Assembly: GCF_000150275.1 (NCBI RefSeq)
Contig: NW_002060949.1
Location: 1,113,836 to 1,177,835 of the forward strand
Length of the DNA: 64,000 nt
From: Trichoplax adhaerens
Lineage: Eukaryota > Animalia > Placozoa
Direction: 5' to 3'
Positions 53,226 through 64,000 of the stretch are shown here, piece by piece. Every line of letters begins with the position of its first letter. Positions within the stretch are counted from its first letter, which is position 1. A program made the position numbers and the translations under genes. The notes beneath the pieces were generated by a model. It ran no database searches and was not told the DNA's origin. It worked only from the letters and a program-made list of their open reading frames with translations.

Positions 53226-56200
53226 ATTGTTTTGAGAAATAAGGTTTTAATGGTATTATTTGCATTCTAAGCTATTGAAACGCCTCATTACAACTATTAA
53301 CTACGACTCTACATCGGAATAACAATAAATTTTGTCAATAATTATTTGAAAATCGATAACTGTCTTCAATTAAATTTGCTTAGGATGTCCTTATGATCGA
53401 GGATGATATCATTTATTATCCACTGTAACTATTAATTACATGTAAACACCGGTAGTATAATGTTTATTAATTATAAACTTCTTTCACGGCGATGTCTGGA
53501 TAAATAAATTTCTTTGACTTAACTTTTCTAATCCCACTTCATACACTGCAAAAATGTCTTACTATCGCTAATCATTGCCTTTGAGTATTTGTAGAATATT
53601 TTTCGCAGACAGCGTGATTTTAAAGTTTTTAACACGTCCTTATAATCTAAACGGATGTCATTATTATCAATTTCAGCAATTAAATTGCCCCTAACCACTG
53701 ATATTGTCTTTTTATAATGAATGCTACGTCCATTAACTACAGTAAAACATCATTGTTCCATTTCTCAGTATTAGCTTGAAAGGAAATTGATGTACGATTT
53801 TCAACTCCTTTAAGATGCCTTTATAGGCTATTCTTATCAACTTTATGCATTAAATTAACGTTTAGTATTTGCAGATTTCTGTAGACTATCAAAGTTACTT
53901 TTGCAATTTCTTCGACTTAATTTCCTATCGTTGACTGTATTGGTAATGCAAGATATCCTGTTATATTATTGGTAGGCATGGAATGAGCTATGATAGAGTG
54001 CCAGCGTAGTAACGAGATTTCTCAGTAGTGTTTAATTAAAAGATAGAAATGGACAGTGATTTTCAATTTCTGATTGATCAAGATATCAGTATTATCAAAC
54101 GGAAAGAATCATACTGTATTATATAAGTGCCAGCTGAATAAGGCACAACAATAAAGTTTCAAAGACAGCTTTGAAAACCCATTTTCAACCGATTATTTAT
54201 CTTATCGAAATCTTCCTGAATCATGGAATTAGATACCTATCAACCCCTTAGCATATTTGTCTATTGGGCGTCTTAACCGTAGAATTTTTCGATTATTTCT
54301 TGAACGAGATGAAACATACTTTGACCTTCAATTTTCTCAAAGTATTTCCCACATTGACTCCTTCATTCTCAGAGATAATTCATTAGAAAGCGTAAATGTT
54401 GATAAAACGAGTTGTACGAGGAGGTATACGTTATAATCATTGCAAGTTTTGCAACGCGAATAAATCAGAAAAATATCGAAATGGTTACAACCTTATAACG
54501 GTAACTTAGATCATAACTCCAAGAAAGAATTTTGTTCCTGAATTGACTAATAGAAGTATCGTTTCGTAGCAATAATGATGTATTCTTAAACTTACTCCTG
54601 GTATAGTATTATAGACTACTTTGACGAGAATCTAGAAGCGTTAAATCAAAAATCGCTGTAGCAAACTTAAAAATGAATGAAAGCATACTTAATTTTACTC
54701 TTTTATAGTCTCGTAGACTGATTTGGCGAAAGCCTAGAAGCGTTTAGGTACAGTGTAATAATTACTCATATTCATTCCTCAATCATTCCTGTTTTAAATG
54801 GAAAATTACGGTAGTATACTTCAAAATTAATGAAAATAGAGTAATATTTCATGAATCATATGATATTTCCTTTCGCTGTGCGTTGAAAATTTTTCTTTCT
54901 TAATCGTTGAAACCTCTATCGCTAGGGGTCAAAATTAGATACATAGACTTATGGATTGGCTAAAAATAGACGATTTCAGATTTCAACGAGACATTTAATG
55001 ATCTCTTGATATTTTAAGGAGCCTAAGCTCGTATATTACAAGTGTTAATTGGAACTATGGGCTTTGGGAGGTACAAAATAGAAAAGGATTCATTGAACTA
55101 TGATCAAATTAATTATTTTGTACGTCTATTCCTTCGAAAAAAATTCCTTGACAGACTGTCGGAAAGTAGCAAAATGACTCCGCAAATCTGCTTCCAAGTA
55201 TTTCAATATTTTCAATAGAATTGACACAGTAATGGAATGTTACTGATCTTAGGGTTAAATTAGATCGCCTGCCGATATCCCTCTGAAAGAATTGATCTTC
55301 GATAACTTTGAATGACTCCAGGGAAGTATCATAATTCTCTACTAAAGGGCTTCAAAATATCCGTTCAAACAATATCCGTATGTAAGTTTATCGATTTTTT
55401 AACATTTACTTTTAAAAGGGATAATGGGCGCGATAAGTTGAAAAGCATTGGATCAAAATGTGATAGTTTAAGGCATCCCTACGCAAACACACTACTGTTG
55501 AAAGTTGATCCGTTACACATGAAAGAATTGAAGTAATTAACAGAAATTGTTCTATTGAAAGTTGTCGTCATTCCTGACTTAGTAACAGATTGAGAAAGGC
55601 CGAAAAGGCATATATGCTACAACTAGTGGGCAGAATTTACATGGAAGATTGTTATATCTACTTTGTAACTGAAAGTATCTTATTTAAAGTAAATGTTCTA
55701 CGTGTGGTTGCCTATCAACTAGAAAAACAAAATTAACTCGAAAAGACAACAGCTTTATCAGTAAATGAAATAATTCATTTGTAAATCATTTCAGATACTT
55801 CATAAATCATTTATATACATTAAAACTACAAAGATTCTCTACGGATAATGAATCTAGCAATAAATCACAGGTGGAATAATACATGATATTCAAGGCATAA
55901 GGAATCAAAATTTTGCTTGACAAATAACGATGGTAATGTATTGAGTATAAGCAAATATTTCATTTTTCTATATTATAATGATTAAAAGGGATGATCAACG
56001 TGACTATTCAATTTCTTAGTTACGCCATATCAAGAGACTCAATGCAATAGGTAAGAATAAATCTAGTAGGACAAAGCTTAAAATCAATAGTTATAACGTT
56101 AAAGTTAATTGCAGTTAAAAGAATAACCATCTTATTCGTTTGAAGAATTTTTCTCTTCTGTAGCATGACTGCAATTAACAATGGATACTGCAAGCATAAC

Positions 56201-59200
56201 AGCTATCCATTAAAAGACGACAGAATGTCAGTGGATATAATTTTAGTAACTTACATGGTGGACTTTACAGCTTAGGAAAATTGATTTTCGATGTAATCGA
56301 TGAAGGAAGATTAGGTATCTTAATATGATCAATTATAATATCGAGGAAAGTCGTTGATAGTAACCAATTTAAAAAAAATTACTTGTTTTTTTAGCATATT
56401 ACAGCTAAACCAACGATAGATAGGATGCTTTCTTACTGACAATCGCTTAATAAAATGCTTTATTATCGTTTGTACTAGTGGGTAAAAAGGCTATTCTGTC
56501 TTTTTATCTGTCTAGTCTGCAATAACAATATTCATGGTACGTAGTAGCCTTGGATCTTACTTAAAAGAACTTATCGACGTTATATTTGCTTTCTACTCAA
56601 ATTAATCAGCATAAAGTAATTTCATGATAACCTATCACTATCACAGACTGATTTGGGTTACCTTATATTTCTCGAACTTTCTTACTTGAAGCATTCTATT
56701 CAATCCTGACTGATTATCATGACAGTTTAAATCCAACACTTTTTTTTCAGTCGATGTTTACTTTTATTGATGATCTTGCCTACTTAGTAACATTAACAAA
56801 GCAATGGATCATAATTAAACAATGAGCTAAGCAATTCTATACCTTTTTGTCAATGATTTATTATGCCCATTTCATATGGAAATGAGCTAATCTATTCAAT
56901 CAATTTGCTTGTTACTTAGAGACAATTTAGATTATACAAAAGTTCTTGACGAGGAGGGATTGAACTTTGAATAACCACAGTGCATCAATACGCTGTTAAA
57001 TCAACAACTAGATAAAAAATTTCCGCCACTTAATAATAACACTTTACCATCGACTGTTAATATACGACGGGTATAGGTTATACAGTAATTTAGCTTAGAT
57101 TGGAGGCTTTGATCTAATCTGTTGACTACATCTCTTAATCAGTGATAATAAAAGCAGAGTTAATACTAGTGGTTGATATCTACCTCATATATCACGTCTT
57201 GGGCTGTATTATATTTTCTCAGTGGTAATAGATAGATTTTAGAAATGATCGCATATTACGGTTTATGACTGAATTAACAAATAATAATATTAAGGGAAGG
57301 AAGGATACTTGGTTTATTATTCATCACTAATAAACCACTTTATGACCTAATCTGAGATTGATACGTAGATCAATTTGCGACTAAAATACTTGTTACCAAT
57401 TCACACGTATACTGTAGATTTAATACCATACGATGGTTTTCAACCTGATAGTAAAATTTGTCATCGTGTAATTATATAGTGTACCGAATTAGGATCTTGA
57501 TCAGATTCGATAATTAAATTGGTCTATAGAGTTAGATTACTTGCAATCAAATTTTGCCTGCATACTTTAGATTCAGTAACTATAGTAGATTATAGTTTTG
57601 CACTGATATCTTATCATACTTTACATCAGATAGATGCTTGATCTTAGTGATTGGTCCCCTACGGTAAATTATAAGCGTAAAATTACTATCTAAGTCAAAT
57701 CTCCTATCTTATTCAATTTAGATTACATTGCTCTTTATCAGCTTATGTCCTCACTTTTAATATTGATGTTAGAGAGGATGATTTTATGCTTGATTTATCC
57801 TCTGTACATATATGTTAATAGGCATATAGCATGTACATTGTAGACTTATTATCCAACATTACGTAGTAAGCTGAATTGTTATCTTAATAAGATTTGACAC
57901 CTGGATTAGCTTGAGGTCAAATTACTTATCATCGGTCTATATTCGAAATGCAATAAATATGTCAGCTGATATAAGACTGAAGAATTATTTTGTGAAAACA
58001 AATTTTTAATAATATTTCATATTTAGTTAACGTTATTACAATAGAATAATATGGAGTAATTATATTGTATAATCTATGATCATTTTCACATGATTTTAAT
58101 GAACCGTTAAATACAGTGTATGAGAATAAATATATAGTATGGCACTTATACTATTTGCACTATAATGAATTAAAGCAATTTATGGGTCTATGTAAAAAAT
58201 GATTGATACGAGCTACGCGTATTACAAATTCGGTAACTCATTCAAAAGTCTACATCAGCCATTATATTATCAGAAAATATCAGTGCAAGGCTCTAAAAGG
58301 GGATGGGAAAGATTTTAACAGATAGCTATATGAATCTATCTACGATTTATATTAAGGCATTACTTTCCCTTATCATGGTAACGTAAAGACTGTTCCACAC
58401 CTACACCGTAAAAGGATAACATCACCATGGCTACCACAGAATGTTTCTGATAGTTGCGTTGCAATCAACGCAAGAATCCATTCCCTGCCATAAGCCTGAT
58501 ATCTAACTTTTTCAGAATACTCCACATAATATACGTATTGGATGTCATAAAACTAATTAAAGATTGATGTGCGGCATATGTTTATAGTAACTACTTCATC
58601 AGTTTTAAATCAATCTCTAAGAATGATTATAATCATGAGAAATCAGTAAATTAACATTAATAGGATCAAGATAAGAAGTTAAAGATACTTTATTAATAAA
58701 GACTGACGCAGTACTTTTAAGCATAATGTAAAAAGAAACAAAATGCACTACTTACAAATACAACTCATAACATCAGATTTGAACAAAGTGAGTCGTTACT
58801 GCAATTTGCGCAAGAGTACGTTAGATGCATCATGAAAAAACATGAAACAAGAGAAATGGATTAACACACGTATGGTTCACATCCGTAATACTCGTAGCCC
58901 CTTTAATTCTTTTACAGCAAAAATTATTGCCATAATATAAATTGATTAAATGCACAACACACTGCAGCATTTAGAACATTATCATACAGTAACATTATCT
59001 ATAATCATAAAATGTTGGATTTAAAAGCAAAGATAATTAATCAATTTTTCAACATAGTTTTTCTAAGGGCCAGTAGCGGTTCATATGCTATAATTTAGCA
59101 CAATACAGTACTTAAGATACTTACTACACAAATTAGATCGGACTTTGATACCAATTATTATTGTAAAATTTTTCAGTTATGTTAGAAATAGTATTAGAAT

Positions 59201-59264
59201 ACCTATAATTCTTGTTATCACATGAGTATTAAATATTCTGTCCAAGTAGTATAAGTTTTTGCCT

Positions 59265-62200
59265 TTACTTTGAACGCTTCCGCTTATGTTGATGGTCACC
59301 TATAGCGTTTAAATCAAACAAAATCATTTCGTTATTATAGTCGCGTTGCCGTCAAATATTTAATTATAGTCTATTATTCTACCCATAAAGCTCATATATT
59401 TATAGTTTATAGCAAACTTTTATAAATTCGTACACTGATGATGGCATATTATTCACTAGGTGGTATTCGACGCAGCATCCTTCTCCCTCGGCCGGCAAAT
59501 GAAGTTGTTCGCGCAGGCTGCGAGGCTGCTGTTTACATCAAGCAGATAAAATAAAAAAAAAGGTTAAAATTATTTACGATAGACCTAATTACACTTGCAA
59601 AAGTACACTTCCTTACAAAGAATCAAAGAAATTCTTATTAACCTGTCGTTGTAGTTACAACGCTAGTGCTTTCAGGTACAGTACTTGTAGTCGCTGCAGA
59701 ACTTGAATCCATGGAAATTGGTCTATCATCTTAAAAAGTATATTTACATATTTAGAATCTCTACGTACTAACACAATCTAGAGTAAAAAATGTAGCTATC
59801 CACAATCAATGATACCTTCAGTGCTTTGTTCACTTCGTTCAGGCGAGTCCGGTAGATCTGAGATAGCAGTAGCGACGCTCTCTTGATTTTCAACAATTTC
59901 ATGAGGTGTATTGGTACCATCATCGCCACTGTCATTATCTTCTATTACTACGACATTGTCTGGTGATACAGTATAATTTGTAGTAACTTCCTCACTTACA
60001 GGTTCTGAGATTATAGTATAGAGAATTACATTTAACTACAGTACAAAGTCAATAACAATCACGGAATCTAGTAATTTTATGTATGAAGTTCATCGTACTG
60101 TGCAAAAGATCTCTATTTTCTTCATCTGCAAAATCTACATCGTGATGGTAAGCTTCATCGACGCTCTGAGCGCTGTTAAAAAGTTTTAAAAAATTACCGA
60201 CGCTCATATCATAGAAATTTATACAATAATTTTCGTATGGATAATATCAGATCAATAACTTACGGTCCACTGCATGATTGTGAAACGGCATTATCAATAT
60301 CAACCGTCATATCCATAGTATCCGATATAACCTCTTCACAAGGTCGGACAATCAACTCTTCGTCTCCATGCGTTGCTACTAAACCCAACAAGTAAGTAAT
60401 TCTTTAACGTCATGACAATATTAAGTACTGCACTTTGAAATAGTACGTATCCTAAATTTATACTATCCCACTCTCAATCACCTGCTTCATCAATGATATC
60501 AAATACATTTCCATCGTCAACAGATAAAAGAGCAGTAGGTACATCCGGTTGTGCTAGGAAAATTTCTTCATCAGTTGTTTTCCTTATATCACTGTTACTG
60601 GTTTCTGCCGATAAATCAATCCTTGTATCATCCACGCATAATCCTGCGGTTTTCATATGACATCAAAATTTCAGGGTTAACTTCATTTAAAAATTCTACT
60701 TAATTTCACTACGGTACGAATCATAGTTATTCAAGTTAAATAGTAAATATATTTTACCAGCTGACGTGTGTGAAACAACATCTTCTAAAGCACTAGGCTG
60801 AATATCAGGTACACTTGGATATTGTTCAGACTGCGCAAAGGAAAATTCATCTCGTTGGGTATTGGGTGAACTAAAGGCAGATTTACGAAATAATTAGGCT
60901 TGTAGTATTTTGCAATAATTCTTAAAACATCAGACATGATCTTGAAAAGATTATCAAATAGTCTTATAGAATAATTCCAACCTAACTGCTTCAGCAAAAG
61001 TTTCAGAGGGACGTGGTATAAGTAATGTGGGAGTGCTTGGCACTCTACAATCATCAGATTCGTCGTAAGTTCCGGAAGGATGCTAACATTCAAATGTAAG
61101 GAATAGTTAGTATCTCAAAGTTCTTCAGTGATGCAACAACAGTTTAAAATATTTACCTGCATGCTTGCAAAGTGAATCGGCGTAAAAGGTGTTTGACGCC
61201 TACTATGTTAATTTAAATAGTTAGAAGTCGTGGCTTATCGTACAAGTCATTTATAAATTACCTTCTAGAAGTAACATTAGAAACTTCGATGTCGTTCTCC
61301 TCTCTTCCTATATTTTGATCCTGTGACTCGCTCGAAATTGGCTAGGGAAATTCATATTTATTATGGATCTGCGATTACAGCAAAATAATTATCAAATAAC
61401 ACAATTTTTACTTGATCAGATTCTAAAATTTCTCCTTCTTCTATCTCATGACTTGAATCTTCCGCTATTACAACAGCATCACTGGCTTTGGGCTGTTCCC
61501 CCGATAGGTCTTCTGATCCAGTAGAAATCTCTTGCGTACTTTCCTGGGTCACTTCAGAACTTTGCTCACCTGTTACAGCCGAATCTGTATCTTTATGTCA
61601 TTGTAGGATAGGCATAGTTAAATAAGAGATTTTTGTATATGTTTCTAACCATAAATTAACTATTTTACCTATTGTTTCCTTAGGTTCAGAATCGTCAATC
61701 TAATGCAAGTTTCAACGCAGAAATAAAAAATTATCATTTACAACAAGAAATTAATTGCAAACCAACAACGGTATCATACAAAGCCTTACTTTCTGCTTTT
61801 TGCTATTCGGAGTTTCGTCAGTTTCAACCTCAGTTGTAGCAATATCCGTAGTTTGAGGTTCGTTTGTGCGAGTTCTCTTTAAATTTGTTTGAGCTACATT
61901 TTTACTGTGCAATTCCTCTGATATAGATTGTTCATGGCTTTCTGATTTAGCATTATCATCAGAATAGGCAGTACTTTCGTTGATATTTGTTGTATTAAGA
62001 GGCTCTTGTGTCTTAACTGAGACGTTAATAGACACAGTTTGCATAGCTTTCGCTCGCGATTCTCCAGTTTTAAGACTGTTATTAGACGAGCTAACAGGCA
62101 CTGCCTCAGCAGCACTAGTAGAAGCAATTGGGGCTCTAGCTATATCGAGAGCCGCAGGGTTAACAAATGCAGACTTCTTCACTGACGAATTTGAAATCAT

Positions 62201-64000
62201 AACTTGTACCGAGCTACTTGACTTATCCTTTGGCGTTCCATCTTCCCGTTTATCCATTACTACACGCTTAGAAGCTCTATCAGCATTTGAAGGTGGTAAA
62301 TTTCTCTTAACAGGTAGGCTTGATGACAATCCTTGTGACGCATTCATAGTTTCTGATACGCTAGCCTGTAATACAATAAATCTTCCAGTCATGTAACGAG
62401 CTTTAACAAATCGCTCAAAAAAATGTTAACGCGTATGCCTATAAATTGGACAGAAATTTAGAAATATACAGTGACGCCTGAAATTCTATTTCACCTTTTG
62501 ATTTCCTAATATTCTCTTTATTTGTGGTCGTACTTGTGGTTTAACTGCTGTCTTTTCGTTTGTTCCTGTCTCAGTTTGGCTTTGCTCTTTCGACACCTTC
62601 AACGTAGTTGATGCTCTTATGTTTGAATCGGGTTTGTCAGAGGTTTGAATCTGTTTTGATTGTTCCGTTGTTGTGGGTGGGCATTTTGGTGCTTCTCGTA
62701 TTACAGTTCGCTGAGCGTCTTCGACTTTTTGTTCTTCAGCATCGTTTGTACCCTTTTGTGATGGTGTACTTTCATTTAAAGCTTGTTGTTGAATTTGTTG
62801 CTTGAGTTTCCCAATTTTACCGTCATACTGAGATTTCAAAACGCCAAGCCTCATCTTTAATTCCACTGCGAATGCGAAAATATATAGTATATTTAATGCT
62901 ATTCTTAAATCAATCGCAGTACATCATGGCATTAGCTATATCGATGCGCTTGTACAATTATCTTAGCAGTCAAGACTTGAATTATAACTATAAACTTCAA
63001 TATATACCGATATTTTCTTCCAATGATGAAATTTTATCTTTGTCCGAACTTCGTTCGGTTTTTAGTTGATCAATTTCGCTATTTAGTGTTTCTTTCGTAG
63101 AATTAAACTCTTTTGTTTTCGTTTGAAGTCCTCGTAGGAGCCGTCGATATTTTTCCTCCACAGTGTTTTTTACATTCTCTAATGTAGTGATTTGTTCTTG
63201 CAATTTCTTACGTTCATCGTCCTTGCTTGATACTGACGACGCGTTCTTTGATAATTCATTCTTAAGTTTATTAATTTCTTCATCTTTTTCTGTCAAGGAA
63301 GCATTCTTCTTTGACAGCTCTTCTTTAATCGCAGAAAGTTCAGCAGTTGTCTGTGATATTCCCTGGTAATCATGGGATATTATTTATTAATATTGTCCGT
63401 AAATTCTACAGTAAACATAAAGTTCATTCACCTCATCCCCTTTAGTTTGCTTTTCATCTACTTCTTTCTTTAACTCTTCGTATTGGGTTTTATAACGTCT
63501 AGCCAACTTTCTAACCTACAAAGTAGATGAAAACCAAAAGTTACCCGGTAGCATGATTATTTTCCATTTACCATGAACATTTTGAGAGTACCTGTGCAAT
63601 GGTTTTGCCTTTCTCGCTAATATCATTATTTTTGCTCGCAATTTCAGTTTCTAATGTCTTGATGGACTCGTCCTTCTTAGCAATATCTGATTTCGCAGCA
63701 TTCAGTTGGCTCCTTGCTGAGTTTGCAGTTGTAACTAGCGAAGAGACTTTAGCACTACAACAAAAAGTATTTTGATCATCGCTTTAGCAATATAACAAAC
63801 ATTAATGGCATTGAATGCGACAAGTCGATCGCAGATACGTTAGAATTGCAGTACTTATTTTTTTGAAATTCTTCTTTTAAATTTTCATTCTCCTTCTTTA
63901 AAGCGTCTATGCGGTCTCTGGTAGTAATGAAGCCATCGAATTAAAAATAAAGATTATAATTTTATTTTTAGTTAATCTTTAGTAAATCAAACCAACGTTA
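59265..64000 (-). CDS. TPR: Nucleoprotein TPR (nuclear basket coiled-coil protein), 3' portion; gene continues beyond the window
   Basis: Minus-strand exons encode VRKLARRYKTQYEELKK (63433-63515), ELKMRLGVLKSQYDGKIGKL (near 62810-62866) and DCRVPSTPTLLIPRPSETFAEA (near 60990-61050), all TPR-type motifs, within coiled-coil then acidic disordered sequence. Likely last exon ends DHQHKRKRSK* at 59265. Confidence 0.88.

Noticed and set aside
53528-53746. About 70-codon stop-free minus-strand frame (also ORF 55312-55536)
   Set aside because: No recognisable domain and no linkable exons; cannot be supported as a gene or pseudogene.
61980-62396. 138-aa plus-strand ORF (and 62608-62805, 63163-63369)
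   Set aside because: Antisense shadows of TPR coding exons.

Overview
AT-rich, gene-dense animal genomic DNA with short spliceosomal introns. Composition, intron sizes and gene content suggest an early-branching metazoan, probably a placozoan (Trichoplax/Hoilungia-like); this is inference only. Manual splicing gives nine protein-coding genes: FKBP12 (+; last intron is a minor-spliceosome AT-AC intron), CZIB/C1orf123 (-; eight small coding exons, invisible in the ORF track), UBE2W (+), a Kv2/Shab potassium channel (-), CABLES (+), an unrecognised single-exon multi-pass membrane protein (-), DDX31/Dbp7 (+), a TRPN/NOMPC mechanosensitive channel with 29 ankyrin repeats (-), and the 3' part of nucleoporin TPR (-). 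The most unusual non-coding signal is the promoter architecture. All three head-to-head gene pairs, and the FKBP12 upstream region, carry dense tracts of TACAG/CTGTA/GTAC-type words. At the three gene pairs these form tandem arrays in which locus-specific conserved anchors are separated by variable-length TACAG filler. One anchor (CAYGGACYACTGGAAGG) recurs 8 kb away as a head-to-head palindrome. Two TGT...ACA inverted-repeat mini-elements (one a near-perfect 41-bp hairpin with a 4-bp flanking duplication) and several local tandem duplications are also present. Exon coordinates were read by eye and may be off by a few bases.
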